A stretch of 64,000 nt of DNA from a virus (IMGVR_UViG_3300024308_000004:38641-102640); one strand, 5' to 3'. Shown: positions 26,226-34,234, numbered from the stretch's first letter. Numbers and translations: made by a program. The notes: generated by a model from the letters alone, not told the origin.

Positions 26226-26310
26226 GGGCCGTTGGCGAAACAGGCATACGCAGCAGACTTAAAATCTGCCGGAGAAATCCATGAGGGTTCGATCCCCTCA
26301 CGGCCCACCA
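26226..26310 (+). tRNA. tRNA-Leu (anticodon TAA), class II
   Basis: Acceptor GGGCCGT/ACGGCCC plus A plus CCA (perfect). Anticodon stem GCAGA/TCTGC with loop ctTAAaa. Long variable arm. T-arm GAGGG-TTCGATC-CCCTC. Confidence 0.85.
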
Positions 26311-26326
26311 CTTTAGGAGATACACG

Positions 26327-26536
26327 ATGGACCTGTATGAAACGCTGGGCTTGAAGCGCCCAACCAAAGAAGAAATGGAAATGCACCACGTCGCAACGAT
26401 CGGCGACCTGGAAGTCAACGCGTCGGAACACCTGGTCAATGTCAAGTGCGACGGCGAAGTCATCCTGGCCATCATGCGCCACGATGGTGGCTTGCAGGAG
26501 CTGGTCGATGCCCTGCAATCGCAGGTCAAGCCGTGA
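26327..26536 (+). CDS. Hypothetical small protein
   Basis: 69-aa ORF with an AGGAG RBS. Confidence 0.35.
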   Translation: MDLYETLGLKRPTKEEMEMHHVATIGDLEVNASEHLVNVKCDGEVILAIMRHDGGLQELVDALQSQVKP

Positions 26537-26703
26537 CCAAGGAAGAGGGCGATCAGATTCGCCTAGCGTATGGCAAGGTACTGACATACGCGGACAAGGC
26601 GATGAAAACTCCACCAGGTGTGCATCGTCGGATCGCCTTGAACGAATACTCCAAGGCGAAGAATGAATTCCGGGCGTTGTTGCGATCCCTGGAAGGCAAG
26701 TAG
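26536..26703 (+). CDS. Hypothetical small protein
   Basis: GTG/ATG overlapping the upstream stop. Start uncertain; in-frame ORF from 26446. Confidence 0.3.
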   Translation, partial: TKEEGDQIRLAYGKVLTYADKAMKTPPGVHRRIALNEYSKAKNEFRALLRSLEGK

Positions 26704-26706
26704 GGA

Positions 26707-26779
26707 GTTCTAGTAGCTCAGTTGGTAGAGCAGCCGCCCTGTAAGCGGTGTGTCGGGGGTTCGAGTCCCTTCTAGTGTT
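26707..26779 (+). tRNA. tRNA, second Thr-like copy (anticodon TGT with atypical C33; no CCA)
   Basis: Acceptor GTTCTAG/CTAGTGT (one mismatch). D GCTC/GAGC. Anticodon stem GCCGC/GCGGT with loop ccTGTaa. T-arm GGGGG-TTCGAGT-CCCTT. Confidence 0.5.
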
Positions 26780-26946
26780 GACAAGGACACTTGTCATAGT
26801 AAACCCCGATCAGGATGATGCGTCCCTAGAAGACTTATTCATCCTTCTTAAGTAGGGTCAGATAGTTTAACGGCGAGAACGCCCTGCGAGCGCGGGGAAG
26901 TAGGGTTCGAGTCCCAGAAAACAGGTGTAATCACCTGGATCCGATC

Positions 26947-26985
26947 AAGGCGTATAACTATTGTGGTTATACGCCTTTCTTTTGT
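26947..26985 (+). terminator. Rho-independent terminator closing the tRNA island
   Basis: AAGGCGTATAAC-tattgtg-GTTATACGCCTT followed by TCTTTTGTT. Confidence 0.7.
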
Positions 26986-27080
26986 TCTAGGGCAGTGAAT
27001 TGTTCAATTAACACCGTGCGATTCTTAAACGCGCCGTGTAAATATTCTCTAAAATCACTGCACACAGACGAGAAAGTAAC

Positions 27081-28040
27081 ATGGATCATTTCAAGGACGT
27101 GAAGGTTGTTGATTCATCCGACACGAACGTTTCCAAGTATGTGTTTGACATGGGCTCGGCAGTCGCCGAAGCCGTACTGTATAAGTACGGAACCTATGAA
27201 GAACGTACCGTGATCTGTTGCTCCACCCAGTCAGGCTGCCCCATCGGTTGCCGTTTCTGCGGAGCCGGTGATGCGTTCGTTCGTAACCTGTCTGCGGAAG
27301 AAATCGTCGCGCAGGTGGATCATTTGTTCGCGGATCGCAACATCGATCCAACCCAGGTCAAGCGTGGACAGATCATGTTCATGTCCATGGGTGAACCGTT
27401 GCTGAACCTCAAGCAACTGATCCCGGCGATGGAGGTCCTGTACGCCAAGTACCCCAACTTCGCGTTGCTGATTTCGACCAGCGCTCCGCGAGTGGATTTC
27501 ACGCCGTTGTTCCGGGCAGCCGCGCTCATTCCGACCATTGGTTTGCAGTTCAGCGTCCACGAATCTACCGACGAGGCGCGTGACCGGCTGATCCCGTTCA
27601 AGAACAAGTACACCATCGCCGAGATTGCCATCCTCGGTGATATTTTCCACACCACTACGGGGCGTCAGGCGTTCTTCAACTACTGCGCCCATACGGACAA
27701 CACCGCGCAGGAAGATGCTGACCGCATCCACGCGCTGTTCAATCCTGCATCCTTCCAGGCAACGGTTTCGGTCATCTGCGAGCGGGATGAGTCCATCGCT
27801 GCTGCGAACGAACGACAGCGCGAACTTGCTACGGGATTCATGGGTAAGCTCTTGCAAAAGGGTTATTCCGTTCGCACATTCGACCCTGCTGGTCAGGACG
27901 ACATTGGAGGTGGCTGTGGTCAACTCTGGTTCGTGCAGGATTGGATGCGTCAACACCCTGATCTGGCCCGACCGTCCGTCGGTCGCGGGCTGCCCACTGT
28001 TCACACTCCACGAGCCATCGACGTAAAGGTGATCGAATGA
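27081..28040 (+). CDS. Radical SAM RNA methyltransferase, RlmN/Cfr family
   Basis: Family-specific signature ICCSTQSGCPIGCRFCGAG (CxSxQxGC-x3-C-x2-C) and FMSMGEPLLN (RlmN GMGEPLxN). At 319 aa it is shorter than bacterial RlmN. Confidence 0.8.
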   Translation: MDHFKDVKVVDSSDTNVSKYVFDMGSAVAEAVLYKYGTYEERTVICCSTQSGCPIGCRFCGAGDAFVRNLSAEEIVAQVDHLFADRNIDPTQVKRGQIMFMSMGEPLLNLKQLIPAMEVLYAKYPNFALLISTSAPRVDFTPLFRAAALIPTIGLQFSVHESTDEARDRLIPFKNKYTIAEIAILGDIFHTTTGRQAFFNYCAHTDNTAQEDADRIHALFNPASFQATVSVICERDESIAAANERQRELATGFMGKLLQKGYSVRTFDPAGQDDIGGGCGQLWFVQDWMRQHPDLARPSVGRGLPTVHTPRAIDVKVIE

Positions 28041-28315
28041 CCCAAGAAGTAGAGGTATCCGATGACAGCGAGCCAGCTGAAATCGAAGGCGAAATCCTTG
28101 AAGCGGACGACCTGACGTACTTCGTCTCCGGACCTTCGTGTGGCTTCATCGTCCAGGGCAAGCAATACATCAAGCCCATGACCATTGCGGCGTGCATGAT
28201 TAACGGCGACCCCGAGGAAGCATACACGCACCAGCAGGTCAAGTCCGTCGCAGTCGTTCCGCAACAGCCGTCAGTCCATCTGATGACCCGTCGCCACAAT
28301 ACCACCTTGCATTGA
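28037..28315 (+). CDS. Hypothetical acidic protein
   Basis: ORF overlapping the rlmN-like stop. Confidence 0.35.
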   Translation: MTQEVEVSDDSEPAEIEGEILEADDLTYFVSGPSCGFIVQGKQYIKPMTIAACMINGDPEEAYTHQQVKSVAVVPQQPSVHLMTRRHNTTLH

Positions 28316-28322
28316 GGCATTC

Positions 28323-28535
28323 ATGTTCGATCCCGCAATTACCGACCTTTACAAGCGCGCCCATGAACTGCGCAACGCCCAGCGGAACTACATCGCAGAC
28401 GGCACGCGCAACGAAATCCTGGGCCGAGAAGTCCACAACGCAGCCGAACGTCTCGATGCGGCGTTGCAAGTCGTAGAAGATGAAGGCTACATTGCGGAGA
28501 AGGATATCCGCGACGTGCGCCCGGTGACGCCGTAA
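28323..28535 (+). CDS. Hypothetical protein
   Basis: 70-aa ORF. Confidence 0.35.
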   Translation: MFDPAITDLYKRAHELRNAQRNYIADGTRNEILGREVHNAAERLDAALQVVEDEGYIAEKDIRDVRPVTP

Positions 28536-28708
28536 TGTGGGTCTTGATCCTGACCCTGGCGATGCGTGGTCAAGCTGTTACGGTAACCACGCAGGACGGC
28601 TTCGCGTCGCAGGAATCCTGCATGATCGCCGCGAAGGCATGGACGGAACAGGTTGAAAGGATGCCACTCAGCAATCTGCACCGACGCGCCCTTTGTGTCC
28701 GCAAGTAA
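28535..28708 (+). CDS. Small secreted/membrane-anchored protein (57 aa)
   Basis: MWVLILTLAMRGQA signal-like N-terminus. Under 60 aa, so not in the ORF track. Confidence 0.3.
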   Translation: MWVLILTLAMRGQAVTVTTQDGFASQESCMIAAKAWTEQVERMPLSNLHRRALCVRK

Positions 28709-28884
28709 GCCCGTTACTTAACGCTTCTAGGTCTTCACGAAACGCGTATACTAATCACATGTCGCAGCGATCTACATCCGCTGCGATAACAGAACCAAGC
28801 GTGATGGCTTGTGGTTGTCACAGAGGGTGACACTAATGACCGGGGTAGTGCCCGGGTACCCTTCGACTCTGGTGGGAAGCCAGA

Positions 28885-29006
28885 GACCATAAGAAGTTCT
28901 GCTGTCCAACACCCGCATTAACGTGATGCCGGTGTAAGCAAAGTCCTAGTCGATTACCTCCTAGTTGCCGAATAGGACGGACAGGGCAGCAGAACTTCTT
29001 ATGGTC
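28885..29006. repeat. Perfect 20-bp inverted repeat forming a ~120-nt stem-loop (GACCATAAGAAGTTCTGCTG ... CAGCAGAACTTCTTATGGTC)
   Basis: Arms at 28885-28904 and 28987-29006 in a 310-nt noncoding region. The 3' arm abuts the GAGGAG RBS of the gene starting at 29019. Confidence 0.6.
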
Positions 29007-29018
29007 GAGGAGATTCAC

Positions 29019-29216
29019 ATGTCTGCCAAAGAAGTAGAACTGCCGCGCGGGGATACGTTTGATTCCCAGATGCGCAGGTACACCTTCAGTGAGGGTCAGG
29101 TGCGTGATATCCTGACCATCTATACCCAGAAACAGCAGGATGAAATTGATCGCCTGCGTTCTGAGGTTGACGGTTTGAAAATGAGTATCGCCCTTGCTGA
29201 AATGGGCGATGAATAA
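29019..29216 (+). CDS. Hypothetical protein
   Basis: ATG at 29019 after a GAGGAG RBS (in-frame ORF from 28965). Confidence 0.4.
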   Translation: MSAKEVELPRGDTFDSQMRRYTFSEGQVRDILTIYTQKQQDEIDRLRSEVDGLKMSIALAEMGDE

Positions 29217-29241
29217 CCACAGACGTTGATGGAAAGAAATC

Positions 29242-29592
29242 ATGTCAAAGCCTGATGCGGCGTTGTTCGTTCTGGTAGGCAGGAAGCCGGCCTACAACAA
29301 GATTTTCTTGGCGCCAAAGTCCGCGTTGCAGTGGTGCTATAACGCGGACTACGGTGACCAGCCAATACCAAGGAACGTTCTTGGTGATCTGACACCGTTC
29401 CTGGACTCGGATTACGATGGCGATCCTGCAACGGACACGTTTGACATTACTCCGGGGTCTGCCGATAATGACGTAGCGCTGGCGTTGAGCCAAGTATGCC
29501 GCGCGTTCAAGAGTCCGATTGAAGCGATGGAATATGCGTTCGCGCATTACACCGTCAATTCGGCTGACTGCTACACGGGTCTGGAATATTGA
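29242..29592 (+). CDS. Hypothetical protein
   Basis: 116-aa ORF immediately upstream of the tmRNA gene. Confidence 0.5.
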   Translation: MSKPDAALFVLVGRKPAYNKIFLAPKSALQWCYNADYGDQPIPRNVLGDLTPFLDSDYDGDPATDTFDITPGSADNDVALALSQVCRAFKSPIEAMEYAFAHYTVNSADCYTGLEY

Positions 29593-29927
29593 CCTAGGTT
29601 TATGGTTGTATGACGTGAAGTGAAGGGTGCTTGGACGGTGGTTCAACTCCACCCAGGTCCACCACAAATCAGTCTTAGTCGAGGTGCCGGCGTTACTGGC
29701 TGAGACTGATTTGTAATGGGCCTGCCGGGTTTCGACAGGCGCAGATAGCAGAACCGACAACTAAGGGTAGGCACTCCTTGACGCACACGCGTCGATAGTC
29801 CACAATAAAACATAATCGCCAATGACGACATGTTTGTGGTGGCCCTCGCGGCCTGATCCACTGGGGTCTTGAACGACCTTATTACCCAATAGTTCACGAT
29901 AAGCCCGAGGTCCGCCTCGGGCTTTTT
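29593..29927 (+). ncRNA. ssrA: Circularly permuted (two-piece) tmRNA gene
   Basis: Acceptor piece ending ~29664 with T-arm GGTGG-TTCAACT-CCACC and CAGGTCC-A-CCA. Inter-piece hairpin 29665-29713. Coding piece starts at 29718 with GGGCCTGCCGGGTTTCGACAGG, so G3:U70 plus A73. Tag ORF 29818-29856 (ANDDMFVVALAA then stop). Terminator 29902-29927. Confidence 0.8.
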
Positions 29928-29987
29928 CGTTGTGCAGCATCCCATATTTAACCTAGATATAGTGATTGCACACACTGGAGAACGTCA

Positions 29988-30430
29988 TGACCACGTATGC
30001 AGTAGTTGATCCACGGGATATCCGTGACGACGCGGAGCAGGCTGAACTGGGCCTGACACGACTGCTCGGTATACGGTTCGAGGAACTTGCCGATGAAGTC
30101 TACGAGGACGAAGAAAACAATACCTTCGGATGGTTCGGTCTGCGTAAGGTCCAGAAGCGCTACAGCCGTCGCCAGATCGGTCAGTGGATGCAGGAAATCC
30201 TGAACGACGCACCACGCAGCAAGGACAATGGCATCCGCGATTACTGGTCAGCGCAAGGCACACAGTTCTCCTACGCTGGCTACAAGCATCACGTCATCGA
30301 TCCGGTACGTGACCTGATCCGTGCGGCGCGTGACCTGAACACGCAGGAACTACGCGTTGACGCGCGTACCATGCGTCTGTTTGAGGATGCGTATGCTGCG
30401 GGCGCTCGCCGTTACGAGCCCGAAGAATAA
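29988..30430 (+). CDS. Hypothetical protein
   Basis: ORF; start at ATG 29988 or 29966. Confidence 0.45.
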
Positions 30431-30460
30431 TCAACACACAATCACACGCACATACAAACC

Positions 30461-30967
30461 ATGAAAGCCATTCAGAAAATCATCCTCGACGGGTCGACCA
30501 CGCAAGTGAACCTGATCGACAACGATGCGGTCGAGGTCCACCACGTACCGCTCGCAGAGCTGCCGTTCTTCCTGATCGAACTGGCAGTGACGGACAAGGG
30601 CATCGATGCTGCCGCCACTGCGACGATCACTCACTCGCCGGAAATCGTACAGGCTATCCAGGACGTGAAGACTGCCCTGGCAGGTATCGGACTGGATGCA
30701 ACCACAGCAGGCGTGTTTGCAACGACCTTCTGCGGCGATACCCGGGACGAAATCACTGCCATGTCGGACTCGGTATTGAACGCCATCGCCAAGCTGCTGC
30801 GTGAATCTGGCTTCAAGTCCAAGGCGTTCGATGGACGTTCGTACACGGGCAATCTGACCTGTGTTGAATGGCTGGAAGGATTCCGTTACGGTTTCATCCG
30901 TGCGTCGGATGAAAAGCTCCAGCAGGAACTGGAAGGCATGTTGCAGCCCGAGATTGGTGCATGGTAA
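30461..30967 (+). CDS. Hypothetical protein
   Basis: 168-aa ORF. Confidence 0.45.
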   Translation: MKAIQKIILDGSTTQVNLIDNDAVEVHHVPLAELPFFLIELAVTDKGIDAAATATITHSPEIVQAIQDVKTALAGIGLDATTAGVFATTFCGDTRDEITAMSDSVLNAIAKLLRESGFKSKAFDGRSYTGNLTCVEWLEGFRYGFIRASDEKLQQELEGMLQPEIGAW

Positions 30968-31037
30968 TCAACCGTCATTTCATCATGACGCCGTTTGTTA
31001 CCAGTACATAATACTCACGCAACGCAAACAACTTAAC

Positions 31038-31129
31038 GGGTACGTGACTGAGCTAGGCTTAAGGTGCCGGTCTTGAAAACCGATGACGGGGTGACTCGTC
31101 CGTGGGTTCAAATCCCACCGTACCCTCCA
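31038..31129 (+). tRNA. tRNA-Ser (anticodon TGA), class II
   Basis: Acceptor GGGTACG/CGTACCC plus T plus CCA (perfect). Anticodon stem CGGT/ACCG with loop ctTGAaa. Long variable arm. T-arm GTGGG-TTCAAAT-CCCAC. Confidence 0.85.
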
Positions 31130-31143
31130 CTACAAGGTGTCCA

Positions 31144-31431
31144 ATGGCTGTCAATCTGCAAGACCCGCACTACAAACTGCACGGTGATCCGAAGCAGTTC
31201 CCGCGTTACGCGACCCACGCATGGCGCAATGGTTTCTCTGACTGCGCTGGCATCGTCCAACGTTCGTCAGGTTCAGGTCTCCAGCGTGTCATGTGGGACG
31301 GTTCGTTCCAGCCTGCAATTGATGCCGGTACAGACCTCGACGCATGGATCAGCGACATGATGGGTCGTGCCCGTCAGGTCTCGGGTCTCGCCATCGCTGC
31401 TCTACTCCACGAACACAACCAGGGGAAGTAA
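31144..31431 (+). CDS. Hypothetical protein
   Basis: ATG at 31144 within ORF 31102-31431 (the upstream part overlaps the tRNA). Confidence 0.4.
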   Translation: MAVNLQDPHYKLHGDPKQFPRYATHAWRNGFSDCAGIVQRSSGSGLQRVMWDGSFQPAIDAGTDLDAWISDMMGRARQVSGLAIAALLHEHNQGK

Positions 31432-31433
31432 AC

Positions 31434-31643
31434 ATGGCACAAGCATTCAAGTTCTTCGGCGCGATTCTGGTGGGCCTGTTGTGGCTCTACGCAATCGTGA
31501 TTGAACTCCCGCTGTTGCTCACCGCAGGTGGTCTCAGCTGGCTGTTAGGTGTTGCGCTGGTCGTCCTCAGCGTGACCGTCCCGGCCTTCATGGTCTGGAA
31601 GATTGTCAAGGGCAAAACCAAAACCACCTCCAACAAGGAATGA
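31434..31643 (+). CDS. Small membrane protein (two TM helices), possible partner of the SPFH protein
   Basis: FFGAILVGLLWLYAIVIELPLLL and LLGVALVVLSVTVPAFMVW hydrophobic segments. Ends 9 nt before the SPFH gene. Confidence 0.45.
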   Translation: MAQAFKFFGAILVGLLWLYAIVIELPLLLTAGGLSWLLGVALVVLSVTVPAFMVWKIVKGKTKTTSNKE

Positions 31644-31651
31644 TTCCAACC

Positions 31652-32500
31652 ATGAACAAGTTCATGCGCCTCGGCGCTCTGCTGGTACTGGCCCTGTCGG
31701 CTGTCGCCTGCTCCAAGGTCGAACCGGGTTACGTCGGCGTCCGCGTCAACAACTTCAACGAACGCGGCGTGTCCGGCGAAATCGTCCAGCCGGGCAAGTA
31801 CGTCTACAACGGCCCGGGCTACCAGCTGTATGAGTTCCCGACCTTCAAGCAGAACCACGTCTACAAGGACGACACTGCCATCTCGTTCGGCACTGTCGAA
31901 GGTCTGACCGTCACTGCTCCGATCGGCGTGTCGTACCGTGTCGAAGGCTCCCTGGCTCCGAAGCTGTTCCAGGACTACCGCAAGGGCGTCGATGAAATCA
32001 CTGCCGTCGACCTGCGGAACATCATCCAGAACTCCTTCGTCAACGTCGCCGGTACCCGCAAGATCGAGACCGTCTACGGCCAGGGCAAGAAGGACCTGAT
32101 CGATGAGGTCAAGAAGCAGGTGACCGCGCGTGTCAAGGTCTCGGGCCTGACCATCGATGACGTGTACTGGGCCGGCAATCCGCAGCTGCCGCAGTCGGTG
32201 ACCGCGAGCATCAACGCCAAGATCGCCGCGACGCAGATGGCTGAACAGCGCCAGAACGAGGTCGCCCAGGCAAAGGCCGAAGCTGAAAAGCAGGTCGCAA
32301 CCGCGCAGGGTGAAGCGGACTCTCGTCTGGCAGTCGCAAAGGCTGAAGCCGAAGCGATCAACATCAAGGGCGAAGCGCTGCGCAACAACGCCAACCTGGT
32401 CGATCTGACCATCGCAGAGAAGTGGGACGGCAAGCTGCCTGAGCAGTACCTGGGCGGTGGTGGAAACGACGGCAAGATCCTTCAGATCATGCGCAAGTAA
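31652..32500 (+). CDS. SPFH/band-7 (prohibitin/HflKC-like) domain lipoprotein
   Basis: Signal peptide with lipobox LSAVAC. An SPFH-like core followed by an Ala/Glu/Gln-rich coiled-coil (EQRQNEVAQAKAEAEKQVATAQGEADSRLAVAKAEAEAI). Confidence 0.7.
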   Translation: MNKFMRLGALLVLALSAVACSKVEPGYVGVRVNNFNERGVSGEIVQPGKYVYNGPGYQLYEFPTFKQNHVYKDDTAISFGTVEGLTVTAPIGVSYRVEGSLAPKLFQDYRKGVDEITAVDLRNIIQNSFVNVAGTRKIETVYGQGKKDLIDEVKKQVTARVKVSGLTIDDVYWAGNPQLPQSVTASINAKIAATQMAEQRQNEVAQAKAEAEKQVATAQGEADSRLAVAKAEAEAINIKGEALRNNANLVDLTIAEKWDGKLPEQYLGGGGNDGKILQIMRK

Positions 32501-32526
32501 TCCAGCACAACGTCGGTAGTAAGACC

Positions 32527-32556
32527 GAGCCCTGGGGCTAACACCCTGGGGCTTTT
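32527..32556 (+). terminator. Putative terminator (CCCTGGGG quasi-palindrome pair plus T tract)
   Basis: ccctggggctaacaccctggggcttttt. Confidence 0.5.
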
Positions 32557-32635
32557 TGTTGCCTGTAAATTATTCAACGCCCGTTTAGACCCTCACTTAT
32601 ACTTACATTGTCATCACGCAACAGGAGTAAATGAC

Positions 32636-32854
32636 GTGGCTACGTTGTTGGAAATGAAACAGAAGTCCACCCGGGAACACATGAAGATCATGCAGGCGTG
32701 GCTGGACGGCAAGACCATTCTGGTCCGTCTGATGGATTCCGACAAGTGGATCGAGACTCGCTACCCGTCGTGGAATTTCACTCACTACGAGTACCGTATC
32801 CTGGGTGAAGAACCCGCAGGTAACGACGCTGAGGAGGATGCCCGTGTCGCGTAA
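32636..32854 (+). CDS. Hypothetical protein
   Basis: Short ORF (GTG start). Confidence 0.3.
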   Translation: MATLLEMKQKSTREHMKIMQAWLDGKTILVRLMDSDKWIETRYPSWNFTHYEYRILGEEPAGNDAEEDARVA

Positions 32855-33035
32855 GGAATTGCCGTTGTTGAACAAGACCCTGGCTGAGGCTGCGGATATC
32901 CTCAACGATGCCGGTCATTCGTTCCGTATCGTCAAGCGTGACGGCGTGCCGTACGTTGTGACCTGCGACCACAATATCAATCGTTGCAACCTGACCCTAC
33001 TGAACGGGAAGGTTGCAGAATACAAGTGGGGTTAA
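32841..33035 (+). CDS. Hypothetical protein
   Basis: Internal ATG of ORF 32805-33035. Confidence 0.3.
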   Translation, partial: PVSRKELPLLNKTLAEAADILNDAGHSFRIVKRDGVPYVVTCDHNINRCNLTLLNGKVAEYKWG

Positions 33036-33237
33036 TATGGCATTGCAGCCAATAGACTTCGTGGACCAGCCTGAAACGCAGACTGGTCAGAAGCAAGTAA
33101 CCGTCATGGCAGCAGCTGCCGTGTATGGCCAGTCGTACAACGCCGCGCGTGCAAGGGGCTTGACTCCAGTTGACTCACGTGCCGAAGCCCGTGCAGCAGC
33201 GCAGGACTTCCTGCACATGGAGTTTGAACGTGAGTAA
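33013..33237 (+). CDS. Hypothetical protein
   Basis: 74-aa ORF. Confidence 0.3.
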   Translation: MQNTSGVNMALQPIDFVDQPETQTGQKQVTVMAAAAVYGQSYNAARARGLTPVDSRAEARAAAQDFLHMEFERE

Positions 33238-33242
33238 GACCA

Positions 33243-33463
33243 TGTGGAAAATCTGGTTCTCTATCGTCTTCGCTCCTCTGATTATTGGCTGCGCGCTGCT
33301 GGGCTGCACGCGCCAAATCGATCCGACCACCGGTCGTCCAGTCACTACGCTGGATGGACTTCCGAACCCGGTTGATCGTGCTGCTGAGGCTTGCAAGGCC
33401 GGTGGTAAGACCCTGAAATCCTACAAGGACACCTCGTCGGGTGTCGAATTCACCTGCGAGTAA
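33243..33463 (+). CDS. Small lipoprotein
   Basis: MWKIWFSIVFAPLIIGCALLGC signal peptide with lipobox, then a Cys-containing mature part. Confidence 0.4.
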
Positions 33464-33805
33464 GAAGTCCTTGAAACGCGCTAAGAAGCCTGCATCGAAT
33501 CACCCTTGGCGTGCCAACTTCGGCACGACCAAGCAACACCATGCCAATGACCGTCGTCGTGACGCCATTATTCCCCTCCACGCTAAACCGGTGAAGTAAG
33601 TGTCCCTTTCCGAACTCGATCTGCTCCGCGCAGAAAATGCCATCCTGCGCGCAGCGCTCACCAAGATTAAAGATGGTGTTGACTTCCCTCAGCAACTTGC
33701 GCTCCAGGTTATCGACCCTGAGGGTTACGAAAAATTCCAGGACTCGCTGTATGCCGACATTTTCGGCAACGGCGACGGCGCCACTTCATAAACAAGGAGT
33801 AGAAC

Positions 33806-34234
33806 GTGACCGAGAACAAACTCCACACCGCAGTAATGGAAGCTGTTAGTCTCCTGAACGGAGTCCATATGGGCGACGATAAGACGGGAGGGATATTTTC
33901 TGCACACAATATCCTGCGCAAGGCTTTGATTGATTACGCCGACGAGGCTTTGCAGATCAGTGACCAGCCAGCTGGTCACGAAATGGTCGTGATGCTGTAC
34001 GAAACTGGCGCGCCCAACTACTACGTGGAACGGATCGTGACCGACCATGACCCGCGTGAAGTCGAGGTCATCGCCCGTTACATCGACGGTGAAACTCCGG
34101 TTGAACAGTTGGCTGTAGCGAAAGCCAAGCTGGACAACTACGAGAAGACCTTGGGGCGCATCGCAGAAGGTCACGCCGCACCCATGTTGCTCGCGCGGGC
34201 CGTGTTGTCGGGTGCGAACTGGGACGTGAAGTGA
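33806..34234 (+). CDS. Hypothetical protein
   Basis: GTG start after an AAGGAG RBS. Confidence 0.4.
   Translation: MTENKLHTAVMEAVSLLNGVHMGDDKTGGIFSAHNILRKALIDYADEALQISDQPAGHEMVVMLYETGAPNYYVERIVTDHDPREVEVIARYIDGETPVEQLAVAKAKLDNYEKTLGRIAEGHAAPMLLARAVLSGANWDVK

Noticed and set aside
26858-26935. GGGTTCGAGTCCC T-loop-like sequence considered as another tRNA
   Set aside because: No acceptor stem complementary to the 3' side, and no acceptable D or anticodon arms could be folded by eye. Left as an unexplained tRNA-like fragment pending a covariance-model search.
29630-29664. The tmRNA-like 3' end (T-arm plus CCA) considered as a phage attachment-site remnant or 3' tRNA fragment
   Set aside because: A matching 5' acceptor strand, a canonical tmRNA 5' region, a tag ORF ending in ALAA and a terminator all follow within 260 nt, so a complete permuted ssrA gene explains it better.
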